A stretch of 64,000 nt of DNA. It comes from Dictyostelium discoideum (lineage: Eukaryota). Position numbers and translations under genes: made by a program. Where the stretch lies: positions 2,848,001 through 2,912,000 of the forward strand of contig CM000151.3 in assembly GCA_000004695.1 (NCBI GenBank), in the 5' to 3' direction. Of the stretch, positions 13,483 through 26,425 are shown in pieces (within the stretch, counting starts at the first letter, position 1; every line of letters begins with the position of its first letter). The notes below the pieces were generated by a model. The model saw only the letters and a list, made by a program, of their open reading frames with translations. It made no database searches and was not told where the DNA came from.

Positions 13483-14597
13483 ATTATTATTATTTTAAAA
13501 AAATTATTTACCTTTTCACTTTCAGGAAGTGATGGAGAATCATAAATTTTACAAATTCTCATTTCACCTTTACCTTTACGTAAAGATAAACGAGTTGTTG
13601 AAGAGTGGGCCATAATATGACCACCAATTGGCTTCTTTGGATCGGGATTAAACATACCACCAGCACCATCAACAGATGCAACGACTTGATTTGTAATAAC
13701 GACGGCAACACCAAACTCATCGGCTAATCTTTGAAGAGTACGTAGGAAACGTGCTAAATGTTTTTGTCTATCTGCCAACTCACCTCTACCGGCGTAATCT
13801 GTTCTATATAATGCGGTTGCGGAATCAACAATCAATAAAGCATAACGTGATTCACTCATCATTGCAGATGCTTGAACTAATAACTCTAATTGATGATCAC
13901 TATTGTATGCACGAGCATATGAAACATTATCCAAAACATGTTCACCATTTAAATTATATCTCTCTGCAATTGCTAACAATCTCTCTGGACGGAATGTTCC
14001 TTCTGTATCAATATATAAAGCACGACCTTCACCACCACCTTGACTATAACCAAGTTGACATGTTACACATAATGTATGACAAATTTGAGTTTTGCCAGTT
14101 CTAAACTATAAAAAAAAAAAAAGAGTTATTATTATTATTAATTATTTTTTGAGTTATTATTATTATTATTAAAAAAAACATACTTCACCAAAAATTTCAG
14201 TAATTGAACCAGATTCAATACCACCATCTAATAAAGAATCAAATTCTTTTGAACCAGTTGTAATTTGAATAATTTCAGCTCTTGCTTTATTAATATCGGT
14301 TGCAGTACGAAAGCCCATAAAAACTAATTTCTTTGCTTCTGCTAAAAGTTTATCAGCTTTTTGCTCAGAGATACCTTTGATACCTGTTAATGTTTTCTTT
14401 GTTGTAAAAGCAACTGCTTGTACTGTATTTAAACCTTGTTCTTGAAGTTTCTTTAAATCTGCTGCATTAATACCATTACCTTCTAATTTATTAATTGATA
14501 AATATGACTCTTCCTCCTCTTCTTCTTCTTCCTCTTCTTGTTGTTGTTCATTTTCAATATCAACTTCTTCTTCTTCTTGTCTTTGTCTTGATGCCAT
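13364..14597 (-). CDS. rad51: Rad51 recombinase (about 351 aa); 3 exons (14184..14597; 13512..14105; 13364..13411)
   Basis: Exon 1 has an N-terminal HhH region ending ITEIFGE, followed by a GTATGT donor. Exon 2 follows a tatag acceptor and begins [18 protein letters not shown] (Walker A). It continues [28 protein letters not shown]...[33 protein letters not shown] and ends ..SPSLPESEK at a GTAAAT donor. Exon 3 follows a tatttag acceptor and encodes [15 protein letters not shown], compare Rad51 AMFAINADGVGDAKD. The sequence is Rad51-like rather than Dmc1-like. The N-terminus has a Dictyostelium-style poly-E tract. Confidence 0.92.
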
Positions 14598-14844
14598 TTT
14601 AATTTATATATTTATTTAATTTATTTAATTTATTTTTTTAATTTACAAACTATTATTATTATTATTAGATTATGATATATTACTGCTTTAAATGTTGAAT
14701 GAAAATAAAAAAAAAATTTAAATGTAAAAAAAAAAATTTAAATGTAAAAAAAAAAATTTTAAAAAAAAAAAATAAAAATAAAAAATTTCATTTTTTCTTA
14801 GAAATTTTGGAATATCTTTAAAAACTGTGTTTTTAATAAAAAAA

Positions 14845-14889
<45 letters not shown>

Positions 14890-15137
14890 ATTTTTAGTAA
14901 GGGTGGTTGGATTTGTCGCCTTTTTTTTTTTTACTTTTATTTTTTTATTTTTTGTGCTGCTCCCCTTAATTTTTAGATAAATTCTAAGTATGCCAATTGA
15001 TAAAAATAAAATAAAATGAGAAATACAATAAAATGAAATAAATAAAATGAGACAAAATTAAATTAATTAAATAAAATAAAAATAAAATAATATAATAATT
15101 TATGTACACATTTATATAATTATATACTAAAATTTAT

Positions 15138-15343
15138 TTAGGATTTAAATATGTTAATGACTCTTGTTATTCTACTTCTACAAATTGGGCACTTTTTTAA
15201 TTTTACTGAACATAATGAACAACAACTTAAATGACCACATTCTAAAAAAACAGTATTAATTTCGTTATCCATACAAACTGTACAAAGATCTTTTGATTCA
15301 TCAGACCCATTATTATTATTATTCCTTTTAGTTGTGCTACTAC

Positions 15344-15408
<65 letters not shown>

Positions 15409-15469
15409 CTACTACCATTTGATGTAGTTTGATGTGTTTCTTTAATGTTACAATTATTATTATTACTAC

Positions 15470-15550
<81 letters not shown>

Positions 15551-17002
15551 CATTTTCATCTTCAGAATTTAAAAATGTTGGTAAATTATCAAAATTTTCA
15601 TCTGAAACTCTTTCTTTTTCTTTTTCTTTATCTTTACCTTTTTCTTTTTCTTTTTCTTTTTTATCTTTATCATTTTTAAAAGATGATTTTCTAGATTTGG
15701 TTGGTGATTTATTTGTATCACTACTATTACTCGAATCAATAGTGAAAAATGAACTTGGTGATGTTGAAAATGTATTTATATTATTATTATTATTATTTTG
15801 ATTATTATTTTGATTATTATTATTTTCATCAGGTAAAATTAAAATTGGATTATTATTAATTATTGATAATGGTGGTAATAAATCATTATCTAAAGGACCA
15901 ATTGGATATTTTAATTTTGAAGAAAAAGATAAAATAAAAGATAAAATACTTTTAAAAATATCGGGTGGTTTTTGAAGTGTTAAACCACCATTGATTGAAG
16001 AAGTCACTGGATAGAGTAAACAATGTCTAATATGATTTGTAGAATCAACAAAAGTGATAGCGAATGCACCAACAATAGTTTTACTACAACGTAATAAATA
16101 ATAACCAACTTGTTGTCTCGATAACAATTGTGTTGCCTCTATACCAGATATGAAACCACTGAATATCTTTGAGTTTATAACATCTTGAAATATACCAAGT
16201 GATACAGGTAATGCTCCAAACCATTTTATAAATACTGATAGCTTGAATGGTGTAACATAACCATCCCGGGTGAAATCTAATGTATATCTTAAACTTGATT
16301 CATAAGCTAATATCTCCTTATTGAAAAACTTTTGAAATCCTTTAAAAAATATTGACCATGGCACAAATGTTATTTTATTTCCACCAAATTGATTCCACAA
16401 TACTTTTGCTTCATTACTTAATAATTCATATGGATTATAATTATTATTATTATTATTATTATTTTCATTATTCAATGATGACGATGATGGTGGAAATAAT
16501 GCTAATAATTGGTCAATTGATTGTTTTAAAATTGAATCAACTTTTAAAAGATTATTTATAATTAAATTTGAAGTAAAAGAATTTGTTGAATTGATTGTTG
16601 TGTTAAAGGTGATTGTGGTTGGAGGTGATGAAAGTTTTAATAAAAGTTGTTGAAATTGAATTAAATCTTGATAAAGTTTACATATTGAAAATATAAATGA
16701 TTCAATACCATATTCAATGATTTTAATTTCACTACAAATTATTTTTGAATCTGATAGATTGAAATTGATTTTATTTTCATTTTCATAATGAATATAATTA
16801 ACTAATGATGTTTTTGTAAATTGTATTGTATTATTTAATTCTGAAAATTCTTGATCATTTAAAACCGTTTTTGATTTAAAATTATTTAAATCTTTAATAA
16901 TTTTATCAATAATTGTAATTAATTCACTTATATTATTTTTATATGATATTGTTGTTATTGTAGTTGTTGTAGTTGTTGTGGTTGTACCATTATTGTTACT
17001 AT

Positions 17003-17033
<31 letters not shown>

Positions 17034-17135
17034 GTTATTATTATTATTATTAATGTTGTTATTGTGAGCTAGTAAAGGAATACTTAAAAATGAAGGAGCA
17101 TTTGATTTATTACTTGTTATTGTGGCTCTATTCAT
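15138..17135 (-). CDS. cblA: Cbl-like E3 ubiquitin ligase: TKB domain (4H / EF-hand / variant SH2) plus C-terminal C3HC4 RING
   Basis: The centre matches the Cbl TKB domain. VLWNQFGGNKITFVPWSIFFKGF compares with Cbl EFWRKAFGEKTIVPWKSF. The variant SH2 FSGFISGIEATQLLSRQQVGYYLLRCSKTIVGAFAITFVDSTNHIRHCLL compares with Cbl [37 protein letters not shown]. The C-terminal RING is CTVCMDNEINTVFLECGHLSCCSLCSVKLKKCPICR. Dictyostelium has a single described Cbl homolog, so I used cblA, but the symbol is an inference. The ORF track starts at 17264, but those 43 codons lie on a (T6-11 G)n microsatellite. The first ATG after that tract (17135, MNRATITSNK) is the likelier start. Confidence 0.72.
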
Positions 17136-17484
17136 TTTTTTTTTTTCTTTTTTTGTTTTTTTTTTGTTTTTTTTTTGTTTTTTTTTTTTTTGTTTTTTTT
17201 TTTTTGTTTTTTTTTTTGTTTTTTTTTTTGTTTTTTTTGATTTAAAAATTAATTCATGGTACAAAAATAAATGAACAAATAAATAAATAATAAATAATAA
17301 CTACAACCCAACACAAAGAAGAAGAAAAAAAAAAAAAAAAAGAAAAAAATTTTCTGTGTAATTTGATAATAAAAAAAAAAACTTTTTTTTAGAATTGGTC
17401 AATTTGGTGTTACGCACACTTTTTTTGATTTGAAAATTAATCAGCTAAAAAAAATTCAAAAAAATTTCTGATTGTTTGCTTAAT

Positions 17485-17521
<37 letters not shown>

Positions 17522-18003
17522 TTTTAATTTTTTTTTTTTTTTTTAACATTTTAAATTTTTTTTTTTTTTTTTTTTTTTGGACTGGTATAAAAAAATTTTC
17601 ACTTTTTAACCAAAATAATAAAAGTTGGCAAAGCTAATTAAATAAAATACCAGCAAACAAAACCCTTCCAATCCATTTTATTTCTCTTTCTTAAAAAATT
17701 TCATTTTCTAAACAGATATTTTTCAAAAATGACAAACCCCAAAAAATATCTTTATTTATTTTTTTTTTTGTTTAAAAAAAAACATTTTAAGTGAAAAATA
17801 AACCAGGGTTATGTTTTTTACACAAATAATATATTTTCATTTTTCTATTTTTATTTTTATTTTTTTTTATTTTAAACTTTAATAATCTCATGTTGAAGAA
17901 TCAATTGATTCAAGGAAATAAATTAACAAAAACCACCAATATTTTTTATTCTATGTTTTTTTTTTTTTTTTTAAAAGTACAATTTGTTTATTATATTATT
18001 TAT

Positions 18004-18388
18004 TTATTTTGAGGTTACATATAATCTCATGATAAAAGAATCAGTGCCATCTGGAAATTCAATTGAAGAAGCATTAACAAAACCTAAAGGGTAAGCTTTC
18101 TTTACACAATCAATAGTTAAATACTTTGTCCAATTAATTGCTTTAACTATTTTAGTTTGATCAGCTGTATTTGGTGATAATGAAATAACTAATGAATCTT
18201 CATTTGAACCTGGAATTGATTGTGCAATAGTTTGTTTTAATTGTTTAATTGTTAATGATTCTTGAAAAAATACTTTTACAATACCACCATTTGGTAATTT
18301 TATCTAAACAATTTTTATTTTATTTTATTTTATTTTATTTTATTTTATTTTATTTTATTTTATTTTATTTTATTTTATTTTATCAAAA

Positions 18389-18422
<34 letters not shown>

Positions 18423-18525
18423 AATTATAATTATAATAAAAAAATTAGAAAACAATTATTTTTTTTAAATAGTTATTTATATTATGTAATAAAATTACAC
18501 ATACAATACAATTGTAATCGGCCAT
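18004..18525 (-). CDS. Candidate small 2-exon gene, about 106 aa, absent from the ORF track (exon 1 18505..18525 MADYNCI; exon 2 18004..18303)
   Basis: An ATG at 18525 is followed after 7 codons by a GTATGT donor. The intron holds the (TTTTA)n repeat. An acceptor gtttag at 18304-18305 opens a 99-codon frame (IKLPNGGIVKVFFQESLTIKQLKQTIAQSIPGSNEDSLVISL...FIMRLYVTSK, stop at 18004-18006). This frame has ordinary amino-acid composition, unlike the surrounding DNA. I recognise no family for it, though it may have a ubiquitin-like or roadblock-like fold. Confidence 0.3.
18301..18385. repeat. (TTTTA)n microsatellite
   Basis: 17 tandem tattt/atttt units. Confidence 0.9.
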
Positions 18526-18566
18526 TTATTTGTTTATTTATTTTTGAGAAACTGTATTTTGTTTTT

Positions 18567-18601
<35 letters not shown>

Positions 18602-18811
18602 ATTTTTTTTTTTTTTTTGATTTTTTTTTTTTTTTTTATGACTTTTTATTTTTAAACCCATTTCTTTCAAAGAAAAAAAAACTCAGCAAGGGCTTTTTAT
18701 AATAAATTAAAAAATAACAAAACTTTTTATTTCAATATTTTTAGATAGTTTTATTTTTATTTAAATTAAAATTTAATTGTTTTTTTTTTTTTTTTATTTT
18801 TTTTTTTTTTT

Positions 18812-20857
18812 TTAAGAATTTGGTTGATACATTGGATTATCACCATTTCCAGTTGGATTTTCATATAAAGGATTTGAAGTTAAAGATGCAAGAGAATTAT
18901 TATTTGAAGCAGCCCATGCATCATAACCTTTTTTAGAAGCAACTACAATAGCAATGGCAACTACAGCAGCAGCGACTGAAACACCAACAATAACAGAGGT
19001 TGATATGATTGCAGCGGGTTTACAAACAAAAGGTTTTGGATCAAAATCAACCGATTCACATCTTCCTGGTTCAGTTGAAGTAGCATTTATACAAACACCA
19101 GTTTCACATTTTGGATTTGAAGGTATACAAACTTTATCGAAAACAATACAACCAGTCACATCGGAACATTGAGAAATTTGACAAAATGAAGGTGAGTCAC
19201 AAATACGATCTTTTAATTTACATTCACCAGCATCACAATAACCAATTAGACAATTACCTTTGTTTGGACAAATTTTTGGTACACCAACACAGCCAATATC
19301 AGCATTACAAGTATAATCCATACATGGATTGGTGATATTACATGATAGAGGTGTGTGAATACAACTACCATTGTTCATACATTGATCAATGGTACATAAA
19401 TTACCATCATCACAATTGGATTCAATTGGAATACATTTTCCATTATTACATTTGGTACAACCAGAACATTCCATTGGAGTATGTTTAACACTACCAGTTA
19501 TTTTATCACAAATATCGATTGTACATGGATTACCATCATCAATGGTATCAATTGGTAGTGGGGAGCAAACTGGTGGATTTACACTTTGATCACAGTTATT
19601 CTTTTGACATGGGTTTAATTTACAATTACAATTACATTCTGTACTATTTTGAGTGTATGTACCACAAACACCTTTATCAGCGGAGCAAGTTGGAATAACA
19701 CATGGATTGGAGGAGGAAGGGGAAGTACATTTTGGAGTTGCCATACAACCACCATTCTTTGCATTACAACTATAAATTTTACATGGATCTTCACCCAATT
19801 CATTGGAACAATAATCAGCATCCATGCTGGTACATTTACCATTATTACATTCACCAGTTAAACATGGACCAATACAATTTGATTTATATTGACAACCAAG
19901 TTTTGGATCACAACCAGTTAGCGTCATACAATATTTAGATTTATCGGCACATTCTAAATTACCAATTACTTCACATTTACCATTGGTATCTTTTGAACAA
20001 CCAGTGATTACACATTTATTATTTGATGGTTGTGTACAAGTGATATTGGTATGTCTACAATATTTTGAAATTTTATCACCACCTGGAATTGGTAAATTTG
20101 GTAATGGACAACTATCAATGGTGCATGGATCATCGTCATCACAATCAAGGTCTTTATTACAACATGTTGAACCATCACCTTGACAAACACCACAATAATC
20201 AGACCATGCACAAAATGCTTGAATATCAGTTTGAATTTTCATTTTACTATAGGGTGTATGTCTTTCACAATAAAAGAAATCAAAGGAATAGGTTTTGTTA
20301 ACTTGTAAACCCAACTTTGTCAAATCAACAGTACCTCTTCTAGCAGGATGTAAACCACCTAAATCCAAGACCAACTTCTTATCAATAAATACCCAAACAT
20401 CATCATCACCTTCAAATTTAAAAGTTTCAGTACCTTGATAAAAGAATACTGAATTAATCTTTAAACAATAATGAAAGTTATGATAGGCTGTAAAAATTCT
20501 ACCACCATAATAGATTCTATTACTCTCATCAACATCCCAACCTTGATAATCAATTGGAAAGAAATCATCCTTTACAAATGAATAAATATTTGATGATTTA
20601 TCCAATGTTAAATTTAATTTCTTTAATAACATTACATTTTGTGTATGGTTTTTATTAAACCATGTTGGAAATAAATTTAAATTTTTTAATTTACCATTTA
20701 CAAATGGTTTAAAATTTGGATCATTTGATGCTAATGTTGGACTATCACCTTCCAATACATTTTTTATCATTCCAACTGAAATATCACCATAATCTGGTTC
20801 AAAATCACTATTTAATTTTGGTAATTGATCAAAAATTGAACAACTTAATAATAAAAA

Positions 20858-20897
<40 letters not shown>

Positions 20898-20911
20898 TTT
20901 ATTTGTTAATT

Positions 20912-20960
<49 letters not shown>

Positions 20961-21066
20961 ATTATTTAAAAATAATATACATACGACTTTTTGTTACTTC
21001 TGAACTAACAAAATTTAAATTTTTATTTAATGAAAATAATATTATTAATAATGTTAATATTATTTT

Positions 21067-21069
<3 letters not shown>
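18812..21069 (-). CDS. psi-family-like secreted/membrane protein: signal peptide, PA14 domain, Dictyostelium Cys-rich (CTDC-type) repeats, C-terminal TM helix; 2 exons (20985..21069 and 18812..20775)
   Basis: Exon 1 encodes MKIILTLLIILFSLNKNLNFVSSEVTKS, ends in phase 1 and has a GTATGT donor. An acceptor tttcag at 20776-20777 joins to the 652-aa ORF. The PA14-like region is GWDVDESNRIYYGGRIFTAYHNF..VWVFIDKKLVLDLGGLHPARRGTVDL..YSFDFFYCERH. It is followed by about 350 aa of Cys-rich repeats (DGNPCTIDxC..), a TM helix IVGVSVAAAVVAIAIVV and a short cytoplasmic tail. The 85+1964 nt total is divisible by 3. Confidence 0.72.
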
Positions 21070-21100
<31 letters not shown>

Positions 21101-22212
21101 TTGTTAGTTTTATCCGTTTGTTTTATTTTTTTATTATTATAAATTAAAGTTGTAAAAAAAAAAAAAAAATAATTAAAAATGTTGCTTTTTTAAAAAAAAA
21201 AAAAAATTAAATTGGTTTAAAAAAATAGTTCGGTAATAATTTAATAAAAATAATTAAAATTACAATGAAATAATAATTTATTAATTTAAAAAACCAAAAA
21301 AAATAAAAAAAAATATTATCATTATTTATAAAAGTTTAATATTTTCATTTTTTTTTTTTATTTTTTTTTAAACCAATCCAATTCCTTTAATTTTTTGATA
21401 AATCAAATTTTATAAATAGTTTTAGATTGATTCCATTGGTTATCTCATTTTTTTTTTTTTTTTTTTTTTGCAACGAACATTTTATTGTAAAAAAATAATT
21501 ATTTTTAAAAATAAGTTGGATAAAAAAAAAAAAAAAAAAAAAATTAAAATCTGAAAAAATTAAATTTACCAAATTGAGTTATAAAAAAAAAAAAAATAAA
21601 AAATCTCCCACTTTAACTTTGAAAAGTTTTTTATTAATAAAACAATAAAATCAATGAATATTTTATAAAAATAGTTTGTGAAAAACATAAACTAATATGA
21701 TTTCATTTATTTTATTATTTTATTTTTTTTTATTTTATTATTTTTTTTTTATCCAGTATGACTCATGGTTTAGGTCGGTTGGGTCTTGTTTTTTTTTTTT
21801 TTTTTTTTTTTTGGGATTTTAAAATTATTTTTTTTTTTTTTTTGGTATCAACCAAAAAAACTTCATTACATATTAACCAAGATAAACAATGGTATAAAAT
21901 TAATTTTATATAAAAATATGAATAATTAATAAAATATTTTAAAATAATATGAAATATTTTCAAATAAATAAAAAAAAAAATAAAATAAAAGATAAAAATT
22001 AAAACAAAAAGAATGAGATATATATAAATAAGGAAATTTTTAGTGAAACAAGAAATTATGTGATTTTATTAATATTTTTAGAATATGAAAAACAGAACCC
22101 ATACCAAGAGGATTATTATTTTTTTTTTTTTCCTTTTTTGGATAAAAAAAAAATGAAAAGAGATTTTAATTAGGGAAAATCTCAGCATTTTAATTGGTTC
22201 AGTGTAATATTT

Positions 22213-22485
22213 TTATTTTTCTTTTTGGAGTATTGTTGGTGGAATTGATTGCTGTTGTTTAATTGAGTTTGAAGTTTCAATTATATTTGGATTAATAACA
22301 CGATTACCTTTTTCTAATAACTTTTCATGTTCTTCCATTTTTTTAATTAAATCTTTATGGCTACTATCAATTTCTAAGTGCCATGGATATAATACAGTAA
22401 TTTGAAAACCTAATGCACTAGTTGCAATCACCAAATTAACCAATGGTAAGTTTCTTGAGAAAATTGGGAACTTTGATAAAACCAT
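22213..22485 (-). CDS. Hypothetical small membrane protein (90 aa), one predicted TM helix
   Basis: ORF MVLSKFPIFSRNLPLVNLVIATSALGFQITVLYPWHLEID.. with a K/E-rich C-terminus. No family recognised. Upstream exons cannot be excluded. Confidence 0.3.
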   Translation of the reverse strand: MVLSKFPIFSRNLPLVNLVIATSALGFQITVLYPWHLEIDSSHKDLIKKMEEHEKLLEKGNRVINPNIIETSNSIKQQQSIPPTILQKEK

Positions 22486-22798
22486 TCTTTTAAATTAATA
22501 TTATAATATTTAGTTTTTTTTTTTTTTTTTTTTGGGGAGGGGGAGGGAAAAGAGAAGGGGATATAAACAAATAAATAAATTTCTTTTTAAATAATTTTTA
22601 ATATAAAAATTTTTTAAAATAATAAAAATAATAATTAAATAATAAATTTGTGAAAATTGATTAAAAAAAAAAAGGATTTTATAATTTACGTCTTTTTCTA
22701 TTCATATTATAAATAAATTTATTAAAATATTATATTTATTAAATTTATTTATTTATATATTTAATTGGTTTTATAGTGATTGCACTTTTTTTTAAATG

Positions 22799-22829
<31 letters not shown>

Positions 22830-23172
22830 AATATGTGATGATAATGATGTGGTTAAAAAAAAAAAAAAAAAAAAATAAAATAAAAAAATTATTATTAGGA
22901 ACCCACTTATCTTCTTTTACTGTTCTTTATGAAAAAAAAAAAAAAAAAAAAAAGAAATCCAATTTTATTTTTTTTTTATTTTTTTTTTAATTTTAATTTT
23001 TGATATTGATTGGATTGGAAAATTAAATGAAATTTTTATAACTTTCTGACCATTTTACAATGGTGGGAAAGTATTTATTGTATATTAAAAGAATATTTTT
23101 TTTTTTTTTTTATTTTTTTTTTATTTTTTATTTTTTATTTTTTTTTTAAAGTTAATATTAAATTAAATTAAA

Positions 23173-24411
23173 TTATTGTGGAATTTGACATAATGGGATA
23201 CCATTTAACCATTCAACATTACCATCACAATGAGTACAATCTAAACCACTGAAATTATTAACACATCCACAAGTACCATTACAAGTGAAATATGGAGTTG
23301 GACCACAATCAACACTTGTGAAACATTGAGCAGGGATACCACCTTCACCTAATGGAGTACAAGTTGGAATACCATTATACCATAAGGTTTTACCTTTACA
23401 AACACCATCAATTGATTGGAAACCAACAGCAGCTTGACATTGATGATTGGAAGTTGGTGTATAAATAGTTTTACCATTTTTACCATCAATACCAATTGAT
23501 TTAACAATACCATCTTTAGTTGTATAATAAATGACACCACCCTTTGAAACCATTGAAATTACATTTTCACCAGTGATTAATTTAATGGCTTGATTAGAGT
23601 TAGCAGATTTTGAATAAGCAGTTATACCATTTGAATGAGAGAATACAATTAAATCACCCTCGACTAAGAAATCAGTTAAATGACTTGCATCAGTATCACT
23701 ACCAATTTCAATCAATTGATCTTTTGTACAATTTGAACAATCAGCTTTACCTTTTAAGAATTTACCATCATAAGTTGACATATATAAATCATTACCATCT
23801 TTTGCTAAACCATTAACAATTTGTGATTGATAAATTAATGTTGCATCTTGAGCATCACTTCTTTGTGTTGGTAATTTATTTAATTTATAAATACCATAAG
23901 CACCATAGATCATTGATTTTTCAATATCATCAAAAATTGGAACGAATGGTGTATTGAAAATATTGAAAACATATTTAACTTTATCACCACCATTATTTGC
24001 ATCTATAAGTGAGAAAATTGGTGCTGATCCACCTTGATTCATTAATACATAATAATAATTTGATTGGGGTAAATAATCATAGAATGAATAAAGTTTGAAT
24101 GATCCTGCACCACTTTCAATTTCACCATTGATATTAATTCTTTGAGAAATTTCATTACTTCCATTACCTGAAGTTGGAATATTAAACATTTTTGGTGTAC
24201 CAAATGGACCACCTTGTGAACTATTAAATTTACCTGCAATAATTAAATTATCATTCCCATCCATACTAATACCTGGATAAACATTTAAACCACCATTACA
24301 TGCTGCATATGGATATCCAACACCACATTCATAATCTTCATTACATTGATTACTTGATAATACTGCACCAACAATTGAAAATGCAATAATTAATGATTTT
24401 AAAATTTTCAT
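23173..24411 (-). CDS. Secreted protein, 412 aa: signal peptide, probable beta-propeller-like repeats, C-terminal EGF-like Cys-rich module
   Basis: N-terminal signal peptide MKILKSLIIAFSIVGAVLSS. Repeated blocks resemble propeller blades (DLYMSTYDGKF, LIVFSHSNGITAYS, VIYYTTKDGIVKSI). The C-terminus reads CFTSVDCGPTPYFTCNGTCGCVNNFSGLDCTHC. Confidence 0.55.
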   Translation of the reverse strand: MKILKSLIIAFSIVGAVLSSNQCNEDYECGVGYPYAACNGGLNVYPGISMDGNDNLIIAGKFNSSQGGPFGTPKMFNIPTSGNGSNEISQRININGEIESGAGSFKLYSFYDYLPQSNYYYVLMNQGGSAPIFSLIDANNGGDKVKYVFNIFNTPFVPIFDDIEKSMIYGAYGIYKLNKLPTQRSDAQDATLIYQSQIVNGLAKDGNDLYMSTYDGKFLKGKADCSNCTKDQLIEIGSDTDASHLTDFLVEGDLIVFSHSNGITAYSKSANSNQAIKLITGENVISMVSKGGVIYYTTKDGIVKSIGIDGKNGKTIYTPTSNHQCQAAVGFQSIDGVCKGKTLWYNGIPTCTPLGEGGIPAQCFTSVDCGPTPYFTCNGTCGCVNNFSGLDCTHCDGNVEWLNGIPLCQIPQ

Positions 24412-24566
24412 TTTTTTTTTTTTTTTTTTTTTTAAACAATTTTTTTTTTTTTTTATTCTTATTATAATAAATGAATATATAATTAATGAATAAATAAATA
24501 AATAAATAAATAAATTAAATAGTATAATTTTTTAAAAAAAAAAAAATATTTACAATTTAAATACTA

Positions 24567-24597
<31 letters not shown>

Positions 24598-24859
24598 TTA
24601 AAATAAATTAATATTCATGGTTGGCAATAGTATAATAATCTTGTGTATATAATTTCAACTATAAAAAGTGACATTAATTAACCCCACTCTAAAAATAGAA
24701 AAATAAATATTAAAAAAAAAAAATAAAATAAAATTAAAAATAAAAAAAAAAAAAAAAAATTAAAACTAATATACTATCGTACTTTAATATTTTAATTAAA
24801 AAAATTATTTTCTTTTATTTTTAATTTATTAATTTGTATCAATTTGATTTTACATAAAT

Positions 24860-24888
<29 letters not shown>

Positions 24889-24893
<5 letters not shown>

Positions 24894-25953
24894 GAGTATT
24901 TGGATTATTTTGGTCATTAACACGATATAAGAAATCAGTTAATAAACCAGTACCAATTTTCTTTATTGAAGTTGCAGAATATTCTTGAAATTTTGAAGGT
25001 ATTTTATTAATTGATTGGCAAGGTTTACCCAACCTATCTACACCAGCCCAAGCAATAAAAGATTTAACTTGACAACCATTAATTGGTATTCCATCTCTAA
25101 TTAAAATCGGAGTAGAAGATGGTGTAGTTGTTGATGTGCCAGTAGTAGTTGTTGTTGTTGTTGTTGTACCATTAATTATTGTTGAATTTGATAATTTATC
25201 ATTATCTCTTAATTCATTACATTTCATATCCTTAACTTTTACACCACATTGAGAATCAATACATTGATCACACTGTTTTTCACACATACCAGGAATTCTA
25301 TCACCATCCCAAACAGCATCAACAATTTTACCATTCTCTAATTGAACAATAATTGTAAAATAATTTACAAATGATTGAGTTAAATTTGAAAATATATGTT
25401 TTGGTGGTAAAATTATTGGATACAATTTAAAAGTTTCAGTATTCACTATAACTTCTTTTGTATAATTTCCACTTGTATTATTTTTACAATCTGTATAATT
25501 TGTTAGAGTTTCCATTACACCAATACTATTATTAAATGTGCATGGAAATGTTTGATTCTCTCTAACACTTGTAAATGTTGAAATATTTTTTAAACCTGGG
25601 AATTCTGCCCAAACTGTATAATGCTCATTTTGAACCATGAAATTAGTATTTGGTATTTTTATTGTAGTGAATTCGTCAACTCTTGGATGATAATCTGTAG
25701 ACATTAATAATTTGCTTTTATTATTATGTATGAAAAATCTCATAAATGACCAATCATATCTTTGATACATTTTATTTGAATCATTAGTAATATTATTAAC
25801 TGTGAAATTTATACCTTGATTTAACATAAATGTTGTATCTATAATTTGTTTTGACCAAATTTTTGGTCCTTTAACAATTTGACTTTGATTTTTATTAATT
25901 ATTAAAAATATTAATAAAATTATTAAAAAATAAAAATTATAATTTAATTTCAT
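24889..25953 (-). CDS. Secreted N-glycosylated protein, 354 aa, intronless; paralog of 43955..45160
   Basis: Signal peptide MKLNYNFYFLIILLIFLIIN. The mature N-terminus is QIVKGPKIWSK ([10 protein letters not shown] in the paralog). Conserved blocks shared with the paralog: [38 protein letters not shown], CxxCxQCIDSQC, AWAGVD..[15 protein letters not shown]. It also has a poly-Thr linker and many N-x-S/T sites. I recognise no family for it. Confidence 0.6.
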
Positions 25954-26425
25954 TATTTTTAAAAATAAATTTAAATATTATTATAAATAAAAAAAAAAAA
26001 AAAAAAGAAAAAAAAAAAGAAAGAAACTATTATTTTATCAATGTGTGTTGTATATGTAGAGTGAAAAAGAAATATGTGTTATTATTTTTTATTTTTATTT
26101 TTTTATTTTTTTTTTTAAATGATTAATTATTTTATTTTTTATTTATTTAATTTTTTTTTTTATTTTTAATTGTTTTGAATTTATTTATTTTTTTTTTTTT
26201 TTATTTGTAAGTGTGTGAAATTATTGTGTGTTTAAAAAAAAACATTACAAATTTGGGTGTGTTTGTTTTAATGTTAGATTTAAAAATTAGCCATCTATTT
26301 TTAACCGTTGATCAGAATAAAAAAAAAAAAAATAAAAAAATAAAAAAACCATAAAAATAAAAAGGTTTATTTTTTTTTTTTTTTTTTTAATTAACTATTA
26401 TTTATATTAATATCTATATTTTTTT

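Noticed and set aside
13751-14104. 117-aa plus-strand ORF
   Set aside because: It lies antisense within rad51 exon 2 and has His/Leu-rich junk composition.
17136-17264. ORF start at 17264 giving a MYHELIFKSKKTKKK.. poly-Lys N-terminus on the Cbl-like gene
   Set aside because: The extension is encoded entirely by a (T6-11 G)n microsatellite. The internal ATG at 17135 followed by normal sequence is the more plausible start. It is kept as an alternative.
22213-22485. Assigning the 90-aa membrane ORF to a known small-subunit family (DPM2/DPM3, SPCS1, Sec61-gamma, Vma21)
   Set aside because: I compared it with remembered sequences of these families. None matched beyond a generic single TM helix. 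It is left as hypothetical.
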